64,000 nt of DNA from Reclinomonas americana ATCC 50394 (GCA_048213135.1 PS015059.1:44231-108230), one strand, 5' to 3'; counted from the first letter of the stretch, positions 1 to 23,902 are shown. Numbers and translations are program-made. Notes: a model not told the origin generated them from the sequence alone.

Positions 1-633
1 GTAAGCCTGCTTGAGTGCACGGATGAGAGAGAGACAAGGAGACCACAAGAGAAGGCAACGCTTCTGTGTTGGCAATTGATTGCGCACAGACTGGATCACC
101 AGGCGCACCAGCGCACCAACAAAGGCCTGCTCTCCCTCCCTCTCTCTCCCTCTCTCTCCTCCTTCTCCACGCAACGACCCGTATACGATCTCGCCGCCCG
201 ATCCAAGTACTCCCACGCGCTCAATCGCCGCGCCACATCACTCGACTGCAGATCGTCGGTGCGCGCCGAGAGCGCCCGCGGTCCATACGCCCACACCTTC
301 CACCCGACCATACTCAGCGTCACACTCGCACTCATCAACAGTGCCGCGCGCACAAGCTTGCTGCTCCCGCCACTCTTGCTGCTCTTGCCCGTCGCCATGG
401 TCGTCACAGAGCCGACGGCCACGGGAGGACTCGAGGGAACTGTGTGAGAGAGAGAGAGAGAGTGAGTGTGTGTTCGAGAGAGTGAAAGTGCTCTCTCACG
501 CACTCGCTCTCTGTCTCTTCTATTTCTCTCTCTCTCTCTCTTTCTCACCAACGACTCCGCCCGGGCTGCGCGCAAGTGTGTGCGCGGTGAGGCGCGACAC
601 TTGCCGCGTGGAGTGCAAGAACGAGGAGAGCAT
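1..633 (-). CDS. Hypothetical protein, 5' part (runs off window start); possible mitochondrial presequence followed by a hydrophobic helix
   Basis: ATG at 633: MLSSFLHSTRQVSRLTAHTLARSPGG (S/R-rich, no acidic residues), GT-AG intron containing (CT)n, then VPSSPPVAVG...KLVRAALLMSASVTLSMVGWKVWAYG...AWEYLDRAARSYTG. No family recognised. Confidence 0.45.
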
Positions 634-1054
634 GGGTGTGTGTGTCTCTCTTCTGAGCGCTCCGTTTCGAACTTGCAGCGCGCTGGAAACGCCGCAGTTT
701 CGCGACTTATTCTCTTTCTTTGGACAACCTTTTTCTTCTTTTCCCCTTTCCCCTTTTCTTCTTCTTCTTCTCGGGTGCTGGCGAAGGATGCTTGGCGACT
801 GGTTATGTGCTTCGGAAATGCTGAGTACACAGTGTGTACGACAGATATATCAAACATCAAGGGTCGAAATCGATATCTTCTGTGCGCTACGGCTGCAGAC
901 CCAAACGAATCGTCTGCTCCTTGTCGCTGCGCGTAACAAACACCTCCCTCCCCTCCCCTCCCTCCTCTCTCTCTCTCTCTCTCGCCACCCGTCCAAAACA
1001 AACTTTCTATGCAAACTCCGCCCTTGACCAAAAAAATCATGCGTTTTTTAGGTC

Positions 1055-3418
1055 TCATCTCGTTGGCACCGAGCCTGCTGGAGGTGGTCGATATGAGGTG
1101 GCGGCTGGTCCCGGTCCCGGTGCTGGTGCGCTGGTTGGTGCTCCTGCGGCTGGGAATGTTGTTACGCGGCTGCCTGCTGGTGGTGGCTGCTGTGGTCGTG
1201 CAGCCGCGGAGACGCCAGCACCGGCGGCAGGTCGCAGGGGCAGGCTGCGCAGTGAGGCGGCGCTGTTGGTGCGGCGATACACGGACGACGACATGCTGTC
1301 GTCTGTCTCCTCGCCCGTGTCGTAGGCGGCGGTGGCGCTGAAGCCACCGTTGCGAGGGAATACAAAGCTCGATTCGTCGCCACTTGCAGCTCCGCCGCCG
1401 CCGTTGCTTGCACGCTGTACATGTAGAGAGAAAATGAGAACCAAGAGGTGGACCCGTGCGTAGTCGACTTTGTGCGCACCACAAAGAGCGTCGGCTGGTA
1501 CTGCTGCAGCGGCGGTCGCGTCGATCCCGTGTCACTGTCTGTGCGCATGAGGATGAGAGTGTTAGCTGCGTGCCACTCACACACTCAACATAAAAAGCGA
1601 GGACACACCAACAGGCGAGCTCATGGCACCAATGCTCGGCGTGCGTGGTATCTGTGGCAAAGTGCGTCAGTCGCAAGTAAAATACCCCAAATCACAATCT
1701 CATCCGCAACTGAGATCAACGATGCGTCGTTGTCGGGCAGCACCGTCGGCATAAACTGCTGGGTGAACTTGGAGGGTATGAACTGCGGCAGCGCGCTCGA
1801 TTTGCGCGGACCCGACGAGAGTGCGACCGGCACCGGCACCGGAGTGGATGACATGGAGGACGAGGAGGAGCCGGGAGTGGCGCGGTTGCCGCCACTGATC
1901 AGCGCGGTCTGACCAGCGGGCGCCGTGGCCGTGATCGGTGGCGGCTGGAATAGGACACTGGCAGGCGCTGCGGTGGCATTGGCTCGCGGTGGCAGCACAG
2001 GCGACACGCCCGGAACCGTGGTGCGCACAACGGCCGCCTGACGACAGTCGCAGTGTGAGCACGCGTGCACATGCGCATTAATGTCAGCGAATGCACACGT
2101 ACCGAGGACGGGAGGGGTGGTTCGACTGCGTCTGTTGCAGCGAGCGAGGCCATGGGCGGCACAAGTGGACGAGCGACACCCGCCGTCGGCTGCACACTCG
2201 ACGAGGAGCCGACGGAGGACGGGCTGGCGGGTATCGTGCTCATGTTGCTGGCCAGCGAGAGGGAGCCCATGGAGCGCATACTGGCGGCCGAATCAGCACG
2301 TGGTCGGGAGATGGGCTGCGCCGCCGGCGGGGCAACGAGCGTCGCCACCACTGGGGGAGCAGGGGCGACACCGATCACTGAACTGGATCGCTGTCGCTCC
2401 GCCAACCACTTGCGCTCCTGTGCAGACCCGGCAGGAGGTGGAGCGCCGCTGCAGTCACACACAGAAATAAGAAGAAAAGTGAGAGTCGACAATAAATGAA
2501 GACGACAACAATGAGAACGCACGATGCTAGCGGCGACGGTGCAGTCGGCGACGACGCGGCAATCGCCGTGACGACCGCTGGCGGTGCTGGTACAGTGGTC
2601 GACACCAACGGTGGTGGCGGCGGCGGCGGTTGTAGTGTTGGTGGAGATGGTGCGACTGCAACTGCGGCCGCAGGTGCAGGCAGCGACGGCTGCACGAACC
2701 GATCAGTGGCAGATGGCGTGTAAAATACAGGTTCAGGCGGAGCTACGACAGGCGCCGCAGAAGCGGCCACCAACAAAGGCTGTACAGTGGTGGCCGCTTG
2801 CTGCGACGGAGGTGCACCGGCAAGTGAGGGTTGTAGTCCACCGGCAGCCGCAGCCGCAGAAGAGACGGCTGCCGCAGAGCTTGGCGACCGTGGTCGCGGG
2901 GTGGATACGGGTGTCGTGGGCGACGGTGCCGCCGACGACGCCGCCGCCACCGTCGCCATGGATACTGGAGAAGGAGTGGTGGCTGTCATCGTGGTTGTCG
3001 TTGTGTTGGTTGCCGTGGGCGGCGGCAGGCCACCCTTGGAAGCTAGCACGGTGCCAGCAGGCGGTGGCTGCGCGGCGGCGCGATTCTGGTGCTTCCGCTT
3101 TGGTACTTTCGGCGGTTTCGGTACCAGCCGGTTCATGTACATGGGATTGTGCGCAAAGTCTTGTGCCTCCAGCACGACGCCGCCAGGCGAAGAGGCCAGA
3201 TCGGGTGAGTCCGACTGCACACGAGGCAAAACGTTCAGCTGCCATTGTTTCCCTTCTCAAGGAACGAGGGCGTGTCGATAACATACCCTGCCCGACAACA
3301 TTAACCGCGAGAGAGTGGCCGGCACGCGGGACTCGCGACCGGAAACCACGGTGTGCAACAAATCCATCGCTTGCTCGCTCTGCACCGGCGCACAAATGTC
3401 AGCCTTGGTCGACGACAT
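1055..3418 (-). CDS. Hypothetical Pro/Ala/Ser-rich multi-exon protein
   Basis: ATG at 3418 (MSSTKADICAPVQSEQAMDLLHTVVSG...), then successive minus-strand ORF segments 3229-2375, 2522-1899, 2070-1621 and 1444-1055, apparently separated by GT-AG introns (not all junctions traced). Mostly low complexity, with one ordered patch (LPQFIPSKF...VADEIVIWGILLATDALCHRYH). Confidence 0.5.
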
Positions 3419-3538
3419 GATGAGAATATCGACGCGAAACTGTCAAGTCCGGGGTTGCGCGAGAGGCGCCATCTGATTCAAACAAGGTAGATGTGAGGGC
3501 GGGATAGATTCTGCACAACATCGGCACCCTTGCTCTAC

Positions 3539-6500
3539 TCAACTGGCAGCCCTCGAGTATCGCCGCCGCTCACGGAATCGCCGCTGTAATCTTGTAATAG
3601 CGTTGACCATGCGTACCAACTGTGCCACACGCACGCTTCAGTCGGCCCATGTGCAACACTGCACAAGGAACGGCACTCACCTTCCAGCCCGAGATCGAGC
3701 CCGACACGGTAACGGCAGAACCCGAGCCACTCTCAAGCGCGCGCAGGGCGTTCCGCTCAGCTACGGGCACAATCGTGAGTACTCAACGGATGATTCACGC
3801 GCTACACGTCGTAGACACACCAGTGACAATGCGCAGAGCGTGCCGCTGCTTGCGCAAGTCGCGCCGCAGCTCCGAGTTCATCGACAGCAGGTATTTCAGC
3901 ACTTGACTCCAGTTGGCAATCTCGCGCTCCCGCTGCTCCCGATCAAAGCTCATCTCGCGCAGATCCGCCTTCAAGTTGACGTAGTGCCTGTCCTTCACCT
4001 CACACAGCTCGCTCAAGAACTCGAGGTAGCCCTGTGTGTAGCTGTGCAGGTCCACCAGGTACGAGAAGAAGGCGTCGGCATTGTCGAACTCGTGCAGCTG
4101 CGGATGTGCCAGCGGCTCCAGCGGGAAGTCGGGTGTGAGGTACTCGCCCTGTGTGGACGCGAACTCGCTCAATCAGCACGTTGATCATACATCACAGTGC
4201 AGTAAAGGTCACACACCTGCACCGTGTGCTCTCCGCGCGGCGAGAGACGAGCATTGTTACTTCGGTAAGTGAAAGATCGCGATGTCGCCGCACGGCTCTC
4301 GGCACTCGACGGTCGCGCTCCACCGGGACTGACACCGAGTTCCGAGCCACTAATGTCCGACGAGAGCGACGACGACGGACTGCTCATGCCTGTGCTCACA
4401 CACATGCACACACACACACACCACCACGCGTATGAGATGAGAGTGTCAAGTTGCGCATTGTTCTTCCAGGATAGAAGCCCACCTCCATTTCGCGCGTGAT
4501 ACGTGGGATCCTCGTCTCGCATGCGATCCTCCTCCGAGCGCAGTCGCTGCTGCTCCACACGGTCTCGCTCGGCCTCGCTCTCCCATCGCGTGCGCTCCTG
4601 ATTCTCCCGTCGCATGTTGTCCTCAATCGGTTTCCGACTCCGCTCAAACACCTCTTGCACAAACTTGTACAGGAACTGCACCAGCTTCCAGGCCTCTTCC
4701 AGATTCGCTGCCGTCACCTCATCCATGGCCACCGTGCCAGGTTCACCGCTGTGACCTACAGGTACAGAGATTATGAGAAGGCTGAAATGCACGCATGCTC
4801 ACTACGACCTCCCGCCACGCACCTGGGTGCAGATGACGACCGGGTTGCGAAAACACTGGCCGTGCCGACGAATCGACATGCTGCATCCCACACACAAGCA
4901 CAGGCGTCAAATCACCATTCTCCAAAATCTCTCTCGCTCTTTCCCTCTCACGCACGCACCATCAGTGTGCGCAGCTCCGACTCCTTGTCGGGCGGCAACT
5001 CCACACCCATGTCCTTGACTGCGAAGGGTGGACGGGTAAGCAACACAGAACAGTGCGCCGATTAGGGCACAGTGGAGAGGACGCAACGCTTGGCGCTAAT
5101 GGATGAAATCACGCCCTCATACTTGGTACTCATAATGTACTCGCGGAGCAGATAATCGTTCTCGATGGTCGACAGCTGCATTTGCAGCTTGTTGCACAAC
5201 TCCCGATAATCGACCTGTCGAATGATCCGTCAGCACGAAAGGAGGCCAAGTTGCGAGGGTGAGCGGCTGACACCCACCTCCAGATTGACCACGGCGTGCG
5301 TCTTGACAAACATGCATCGCTGCGCAAACAGCAACGTGCTCAGCGACTCTTGCGAGCACGCTCGTGTGGGACCGACTGTCGCCACGAGGCATGTGTTGGT
5401 GTTGCCGCCGAGCGAGTCCTGTCAAGACGACGGGATGAGCAACAACGCTGCGCACACACAGTCTCCTCTTCGTCGCTCAACTTGCAGCAGGCGCGTGAGC
5501 TTCGAGTCGCGGAACGGCACGTGTGGATTGGTGGGATCCGACAGCGCGGCAATCACGTTGCCGAGCGCGGAGAGCGACTGATTGATGCTCTTGGCCTCCT
5601 CCAATCGCATGCCGTCGCTCTGTGTCTTGCGCACACGTTCACTGCCGGCGAGATCCACCATGGTCAGCTTGGAGCGAATCGTCTGCGCCATGGTGTATGT
5701 CTCCTTTTCCGCGGGCGCCTGTGACATCGAGATCGTGAGACAAGACTACCATTTTTTGTATCGCCAGTGTCTGTGCACACACCGCATCCGGAATGGCCAC
5801 ACGCTCCACCGGACGCGACACGCGCAGTCGCTGCTCCATATTGATGGTCAGCACTGTGTGCGAGCGCGACGAGGTGTCGTTCATCATCGTCGGCGCCATG
5901 ACGCGATTCTCCAGTCCCATGTTGATAATGTCGACCGCCTCGGAGATGTCGTGCACGTGCACCACCGTGAGGTTCTCCACAAAGATGCCGCGGTCGGGCT
6001 TCTCTCGAATGTTGACATTCTCGCCTTCTGGGTTCAGTAGGTCCTGAATCTGTTCGCGAGTACGGGTCATTCTCCACCTAGTCAAGCACGGTTTCGCCAG
6101 CGCACTCACCGTCTCCATGTAGATTTGCAGAAAGGATATGGAGATGGTGACAGACTCGGTCTCCGGGCTGTGCGCACTACTAAAGATGGAGCGCAGCGCC
6201 GACGGTACCAAACCGGAACCGTCGGCACGTACTGTGCCGAGAATTCCCATTGTGTACGTCTTACCAGTGCCGGTCTGTCCATACGCCATCAGCGTTCCAT
6301 TGTAGCCTTGCAGAACGTGCTGTATGGCAGCCGAGTGAGATGAGTGCGTGTGAGTGTGAGTTGAGAGGCACAGACCTCGACAATGGGAATTCCAATGGTC
6401 GAATACACCTGATCCTGCGTCACCACCGGGCCAAACACCTCATCGAACTCGAACTCTCTCGTGTGCGACTGACCACGCAAGAGCACACATCAGCGACACA

Positions 6501-6792
6501 GCGGGCAAGAGAGAGAGAGATACACGCACACAGAGAGAGAAACCTTGTTCGGCTTGAGGATGACTTTGCGTTCGCGAGGAGTGTTGATCGCCTCCACGAC
6601 ATTCTCATAGTCGGCTTCGCTCGACACCTCACTCTGGAATGGAGGACGCACACGCACGGCCACACGAACACGTCCCTCTGCGCTCGCACACAAACACAGA
6701 GAGAGAGAGAGAGACGAGTTAGGCGTCACAACAAGCGACTTAGGCGTCGCCGTTTCGTCGCTTAGTATCAACACACACACCCCACCCCCTCC

Positions 6793-6833
<41 letters not shown>

Positions 6834-6960
6834 CACACACACGAGTGAGGTGACCGTTTGTGAGTACGCAACGTGGAGGCGCCCGTTGTTTGCCCGTCAG
6901 AGGCGGAGTCGCCGAGCGCGCAGGAGGCGTTGGCGTCGCACGCGACCCCTCGCCACTCAT
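3539..6960 (-). CDS. N-terminal-motor kinesin with coiled-coil stalk and C-terminal IQ-like motif (multi-exon)
   Basis: Spliced exons give [38 protein letters not shown] (P-loop), NDTSSRSH (switch I), VDLAGSER (switch II), [20 protein letters not shown]. Last exon [26 protein letters not shown], stop at 3539-3541. Confidence 0.93.
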
Positions 6961-7042
6961 ATGAGCGAGCTTCAATGTGGAAAAGTGGGCCCAACCTCAC
7001 TTTCACCGTCCGCTGCAATCGACAAACACCCACTTTTTATTT

Positions 7043-7054
7043 TTTCGCGCCAAA
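7043..7054. promoter_or_regulatory. Overlapping bidirectional E2F-type site TTTCGCGCCAAA in the 110-bp head-to-head promoter of the kinesin and C2CD3
   Basis: Exact TTTCGCGCCAAA (TTTSSCGC-like on both strands) between ATG 6960 (-) and ATG 7071 (+). Confidence 0.5.
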
Positions 7055-7070
7055 AAACACTCTCTCGAGA

Positions 7071-17598
<10,528 letters not shown>

Positions 17599-17874
17599 AT
17601 CTGCTTGTTTAATGTTGTAGTTTCGGTAGTAGCTATCCCCTCCTCCCAGTGCGTCAAATCGGTCCCTCCCCGGCGCTCGCCTCTCATCAACCCATCCGCC
17701 ACTGTGCGCGGGAGCAGTGCCGACTAGGTACAACGGACACCGCCACCCACTGTGGCAGCAATGGGGAAAGAGAGCGGCGAGGCCAGCAGGAAACACGACC
17801 AATTAAACACCAGAGAATCAGAGTACTCGGAGGTGCAACCTCCGGATAACGTGCTCGCCCAATATAGCGCCTGT

Positions 17875-18920
17875 TCAAGGCGACGTAGGCGTGCCGGCAT
17901 CGGAGCTCGGCGAAAGCAGCAGGGAGCTGTTCGGCGACATGGCGCTGCCGCTGTGGTGCGGCCACAAGTTCAACGCCTTCAGTTCGCGCACAAAGGCTGC
18001 GTGCACCAGCACACCAACGCGTGAGACTCACACACACAGCAAGGACAGGACGAGACATGCAAGCTCAACCTTCACGACATCTCTTCTCGGCCTTGGGTCC
18101 CTCGACGCGCACGTGCAGGCCGGTGAGGAGATCAACAATCTCCGTCAGTGTGTCACTGCGCACGGTGTGAGGAGTGCAGGGGGTATGGAGAGGGAGAAAG
18201 GAGGGAGATGGAGGGAGACGGAGGGAGGGAGGGAGGGAAGGAGGGAGAGGAGAGAAAAGAGGAAGAAGAGGGAGAGGAGAGAAACGAGGGAGAAGAGGGG
18301 GAGAGGAGAGAAATGAGGGAGTAGAGGGAGGGAGGGAGGGAGAAAGTGCAGAGGGAGAGGGGGAGTGTAAAAGGCGAGAACGTCACGCACAGAAAGAATG
18401 TGTGCGTGTGCGTGCGTGTGAGAAAGACGACAAACCTGTGGCGCAATATTTGCACAAAGCGTCCGACGAGACGCGTTGTCTGACTGCCGAGTGCCAGCTG
18501 CGCAGCATTGAGTTGCGCCACATCCCTTACAGTGACCTGCAGCGGACAGTGAGGTGGAGGACGAGTGATGGGCGGGTCGATCAGCGCTACGCAACGTTCT
18601 CAAAGTACTCCTTTTCGATCTTGTACTTGTCGGCAAAGAGCGACAGAGCGTCCCGATCAATCACCGACTCGGCTGCGCGTCGCCCAACAAACAACACACA
18701 CGAAACTCACGTGTCAGTCGTCGTCCACACGACACACATGCGCCTGTCAACTCTGCGCAACATTGAATAGCCTCCTGAATGTCAGCGGCGACCTCCGCAC
18801 GTGTTCGTGGCGCTCGCACCAGCTGCGTGACCGCTGCACGTGTGGAACGTGAGCCACCGGCCGCTGCCGCCTGCACACTCGCTTCGACTTGTTCCAGCCG
18901 CTTCTCGGCCGCTTCCATAA
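17875..18920 (-). CDS. Hypothetical protein 'gene X', copy 1 (3' exons; 5' part in gaps)
   Basis: Spliced: MEAAEKRLEQVEASV...CCAELT|AESVIDRDALSLFADKYKIEKEYFEN|VTVRDVAQL...ILRH|SDTLTEIVDLLTG...CRE|AFVRELKALNLWPHH...GTPTSP*, all GT-AG and in frame. A possible upstream exon lies at ~19990-20100. Confidence 0.65.
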
Positions 18921-19112
18921 ACNNNNNNNNNNNNNNNNNNNNNNNNNNNNNNNNNNNNNNNNNNNNNNNNNNNNNNNNNNNNNNNNNNNNNNNNNNNNNN
19001 NNNNNNNNNNNNNNNNNNNNNNNNNNNNNNNNNNNNNNNNNNNNNNNNNNNNNNNNNNNNNNNNNNNNNNNNNNNNNNNNNNNNNNNNNNNNNNNNNNNN
19101 NNNNNNNNNNNN

Positions 19113-19629
19113 GAGAGAGAGAGAGAGCAAGAGAGTGAGAGAAGTAAGTGTCTCAGAGTGTCTCAGAGTAACAGAGGGAGGAAGATAGAAAGAGAGAGTG
19201 AGTGAGAATGCCTGTCGCCCTTCTTCTGCATGCATGAGTGTGCGCGTGTGTGAGTGAGAGAAAAGAGAGAGAGAGAGAGGAGAGAATGTGTCACAGTCAA
19301 TGTAAGAACGACACAGGAATGCAATGAGCGAGCGCGTGTCTGTGAGAGAAGGAGAGAGAGAGAGGGCGAGAGTGAGAGTAAGACTGCACCCTTCTTCCCT
19401 TCACAGCATGCGTCAGTGAGCGAGTGAGAATGCAAGAGAATGTCTCTCTCATTCCTCTTTCTCTCTCATTCTCTCTCTTTACATAAGACACGCACGCACA
19501 CAGAGACACACGCACTAACCATTGTTGTATCGTCGCTCACAGCTGATGCGTCGCCTGCACAAAGAGAGAGAAGAGAGAGAGAGAAGAGAGAGGACATGGT
19601 CAACAAAACACACACACACACACACATAC

Positions 19630-19660
<31 letters not shown>

Positions 19661-19774
19661 AGGGAGAGAGAAGGGAGAGAAAGAGAAGGGAGGGAGAGAG
19701 AGGAGGGAGGGAGAGTGGGAGGGAAGGGGAGAGAGAAAGAGAGAGAGAGAGAGACAGAGAGAGAAAGAGAGAGA

Positions 19775-19831
<57 letters not shown>

Positions 19832-19976
19832 GAGGGGGAGGGAAGAGAGACAGGAGAGAGAGACAGAGAGAGAGAGAGAGAGGCAAATGCAAGAGTAAGA
19901 GAGAAAGAAAGCAATGAGAGGAGAGAGAGGAGAGAGAGAGAAAGAAAGCAAGCATGAGAGAGAGAGAGAGAGAGAC
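19113..19976. repeat. Long (GA)n/purine-rich low-complexity tract
   Basis: Nearly continuous GA/GGA repeats; the RERE/SLSL ORFs here are artefacts. Confidence 0.9.
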
Positions 19977-20240
19977 GGTGCTCACACGTACAGATGTGTC
20001 ATGGCAGTGGCCAGGACGTTGTACATCGCGTCAGTCCATTCCCAGGCACCAAAGGCACTCATACTCAACGAGAATCGCGCTCGTCTGAGTGGACGTGCTC
20101 TTGTGCGTCTGCGCGCGCGTCTGGTTCTCTCTCTCTCTCCCTCTCTCTCTCTCTCCCTCCCTCCCTCTCTCTCCCTCTCTCCCTCTCTCCCTCTCTCNNN
20201 NNNNNNNNNNNNNNNNNNNNNNNNNNNNNNNNNNNNNNNN

Positions 20241-22643
20241 ATTACTCGAATGAAACGGGATCTACAACTGGCTCAGATGCGGCGTGCGGAGGTGGAGGCG
20301 ACTCGCGATCGGCTGCGGGTTCAGCTAGAAGCGACCCAAGCTGAGCTGGAGACGACCCGCGATCGACTGCAGACTGAGCGTGAGATGGCCCGCCAGTGCG
20401 CCATCGATAAGGAGTTGGCCCAGCGACAGCTTCTTACGGTGGAGACGAACCGCAATTGGCTGCGAAATGAGCTGAAGACGACCCGCGCTCGGCTGGAGAC
20501 TGAGCTGGAGACGACCCGAGAACGGATGAAGGAGTCCCGCGATCGGCTGGAGACTGAGCTGGAGACGACCCGAGAACGGATGAAGGAGTCCCGCGATCGG
20601 CTGGAGACTGAGCTGGAGACGACCCGCGATCGGCTGGAGACTGAGCTGAAGGAGTCCCACGATCTGCTGCAACGTGAGCGGGAGGCAGCCCAGCAACAGT
20701 GTGTGAGCACCCTGGAGAACGCCCGGGAGCAGCATGCGATCGACGTGGCTCGCCTACGACACGAAGCCAACGTAATCCAGCAGTCGCTCCAACAAGAGAA
20801 CGCTGTCCTCCGTGATGCCCTCAGCGCTGCCGAGGCTGCCCACTGGGCGGCCCTTTCCTTCGCCACCGCTCATGGCCGGTCGGCGCAAAAGGTATGAAAC
20901 TTTACAAGTGCTGTCGTGCGTCGCTGCACACATGCTGCGCATGCCGCCGACCCTGACGCTGACTTCGCTTGTCTTGGCTCTCAGGCCTTTGCCAGATTCG
21001 GACTCAGGTGCGCCGAGAGAAGAAAGTCAACAGTGGCGATGAAGACACGGCAAGCTTGCCACATTCTCAGCCTGCAGGTGCATCCTTGGTGATCCCTCGT
21101 GCTATATGCAATGCGCGACAATAAGCACTGATTTTCGACAACCTGCATTCATGTGTTGTGTAATGCAGAAGTGTGTCCAGTACGAGCTTCGTGGGCGGTG
21201 TTGCCAGCTTGCGATCGAGAAGTTTGGTCATCCAGTGCACTGCTGTCGAAACTGCATCATGCTGCCGTACAAATGGCATGCTCAGCATGATAGACACGAA
21301 ATCTGTGTCACGGTAAGTGGCACAACTGGAGGTACCATGCGTCTCGGCGTCGCTCATTCTTCTCTCACGGGTGACCACATATACTTAGGCCGACGGCTAT
21401 CTGTTCTGCATCGATCGCGATACCACATCTGCGCCTGGCTACCTCACGTGGGGGCACGCAGTGGCGGCCGGAGTGGTGGCCAACGTTGACGTGCCCGACG
21501 CATTTACTCTGAACACTCGCATTCGTGTGTTCGATCGCGAGACATGTGCCCGGAAAGATACTGTGCTCCTGCCGCACATGAGTCTTCTTCTGCGGCATGC
21601 TGTCGCCACGGATACTCGAGCACGTGACGCCGGCGGCGTTCTGCCCGCCGAGATCCTCCATCATCTCAGGGTTGCCGCCGCCGCCGAGGAATCAGAGTCG
21701 ATTGGCGACGATGAAGTTGTGTGTCCCTGTATCATGACTAGCTTTTGTTCGGCGACTGACGATGTGACGACGTCACAGCTAAAAACTCTACGTTCTGTGC
21801 AACGTCGTGCTGTCAAACCTGCTCGCGAGGGCGATGATGCCGAGACGGACAAGGACGGTGACGATGCCGATGAAGAGGATGGTGACGAGCACGACAATCC
21901 CAGTGACTTCTCGTCGGAGGGCCCGTCTGAGTCTGCGCCCTCAGCTGGCGATGGTTCGAATTCGCGGTCGGCTCCGTCTCGCACGGATGCCACGAATTCG
22001 CGGTCGGAACTGACTGGCTCCGGTAACGAGCAGTCGACGCCGACTGCAGCGGCCGGTGGACACGGCGAAGGCGATGCCCACGGTGGCGAAGAAGCTGTCA
22101 CGCTTGTCGAGAAACTTGTCACGGCGATTGGCAAGCTCACCACAACTGATTTTGTGGAGTCGTGGCGGCAAGAGACCATGGTGGCTCACGAACCCGGGCC
22201 CGCCGCCGTCGACTTGTTTGCTGATACTGTCCACGGACCCACCGCGGCCATCCATGACGGCCACGACGACGCTGCTTCGGAAGATAATGACTTCCTGTCG
22301 GACGTGCGGATGACGAGCTATGATGGCAGCTTTGATGAGGAATTCGAAGACGCTGACGAGGAAGACGAGCAGCAGCAGCTGGGGGAGGAGGACGACAAGG
22401 AGGAGGAGGAGGAGGAGGAGGACGAGGAAGAGGAGGAGGTAGTGGAGGGAGCCATCGATAACGCAGTTGAGGAGGCGGAGGTGCACGATGTTGACGACGC
22501 CGTCGTCATGCGAAGCACTGCTGGAGATTGTGGTGGCGTTTCGCCGGCGAATGGTGCGGAGGCCGCAGCGAGTGCTGGCTTGATTGAGCCTGCTGAGCGA
22601 GTGCCGGAGTCAGCAGCTGGTGACCGTGAGATCAAGCGATCAC
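20241..22643 (+). CDS. 'Gene Y' copy 1: repetitive coiled coil + HNH-type endonuclease-like domain + acidic tail (both ends in gaps)
   Basis: ELETTRDRL repeats, then spliced AFARFGLRCA...QACHILSLQ|KCVQYELRGRCC...RNCIMLPYKWHAQHDRHEICVT|ADGYLF...LLPHMSLLLRHAV, then a D/E-rich tail. The AxHI...NxxxL...HxxxD...LP...LLxH pattern is that of HNH_2-type nucleases. Confidence 0.65.
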
Positions 22644-23784
22644 NNNNNNNNNNNNNNNNNNNNNNNNNNNNNNNNNNNNNNNNNNNNNNNNNNNNNNNNN
22701 NNNNNNNNNNNNNNNNNNNNNNNNNNNNNNNNNNNNNNNNNNNNNNNNNNNNNNNNNNNNNNNNNNNNNNNNNNNNNNNNNNNNNNNTTTTGCGTGCACG
22801 GTGGTACTGGTGTGGGTGCGTGCCTTCATCAGTGTGACAAATTGTAGAGGAGTTGCAGGGACAACTCGAACGATAGAGTGTGTTTTTTGTGTCCTCAGTG
22901 CACTGGCTGTGATGGTCAAGATACGATGCAAGCATACATGAAAACTTCTCTTTTAATGTGCTTGTGCGTGTTGTGTGTCCACCATCTGGGGAGCTCCATT
23001 GCGCTTGCAATGATATGGAAAGGTGCATCTGCACCTCATGAAAATCGCAGAGAAGAAGGGGGAGAAAAAAAGGCAACGAGAACGCACGACAAGCACAGCG
23101 AGTCAGCTACTGATCGCTGTCTCCCACATACACCGACTGGCACACGCTCGACACGCCCACATCGCCGTCGGATCCAGCTGCGTGCACGAACGACGCAGCG
23201 CTGTCGACTGCCACGGTGAGTAGCTGCACGTCGGTCGACANNNNNNNNNNNNNNNNNNNNNNNNNNNNNNNNNNNNNNNNNNNNNNNNNNNNNNNNNNNN
23301 NNNNNNNNNNNNNNNNNNNNNNNNNNNNNNNNNNNNNNNNNNNNNNNNNNNNNNNNNNNNNNNNNNNNNNNNNNNNNNNNNNNNNNNNNNNNNNNNNNNN
23401 NNNNNNNNNNNNNNNNNNNNNNNNNNNNNNNNNNNNNNNNNNNNNNNNNNNNNNNNNNNNNNNNNNNNNNNNNNNNNNNNNNNNNNNNNNNNNNNNNNNN
23501 NNNNNNNNNNNNNNNNNNNNNNNNNNNNNNNNNNNNNNNNNNNNNNNNNNNNNNNNNNNNNNNNNNNNNNNNNNNNNNNNNNNNNNNNNNNNNNNNNNNN
23601 NNNNNNNNNNNNNNNNNNNNNNNNNNNNNNNNNNNNNNNNNNNNNNNNNNNNNNNNNNNNNNNNNNNNNNNNNNNNNNNNNNNNNNNNNNNNNNNNNNNN
23701 NNNNNNNNNNNNNNNNNNNNNNNNNNNNNNNNNNNTACACACACACACACACCAAGTCCCCTGCTCACTCTACCACACACGCAG

Positions 23785-23870
23785 GAAAACGAGTTCTTTG
23801 CCAGCGTGTTGCAATGTCGTCTCGCCGAGGCACAGGCGTACTTGACAGCTGCCGGTCTTCCACTCGCGGC
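23785..23870 (+). pseudogene. Truncated duplicate of the first visible exon of the ankyrin-acyl-CoA synthetase gene, at the duplication junction
   Basis: GAAAACGAGTTCTTTGCCAGCGTGTTGCAA...TCGCGGC matches 29364-29449, then switches abruptly to unit-start sequence at 23874. Confidence 0.8.
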
Positions 23871-23902
23871 TGCATAATGTGCTCGCCCAATCTAGCGCCC
23901 GC

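Noticed and set aside
6131-6139. ATATCCTTT on the minus strand, like a U12 donor
   Set aside because: Lies within the conserved kinesin coding motif [10 protein letters not shown].
6690-6765. Possible kinesin exon with in-frame TGA (stop readthrough or variant code)
   Set aside because: A single ~190-nt intron joins exon 1 to the motor exon in frame; all other genes fit the standard code.
19440-19985. RERE/SLSL and CVCV/HTHT ORFs (also near 9.7, 10.7, 44 and 57 kb)
   Set aside because: Translations of dinucleotide microsatellites and N gaps.
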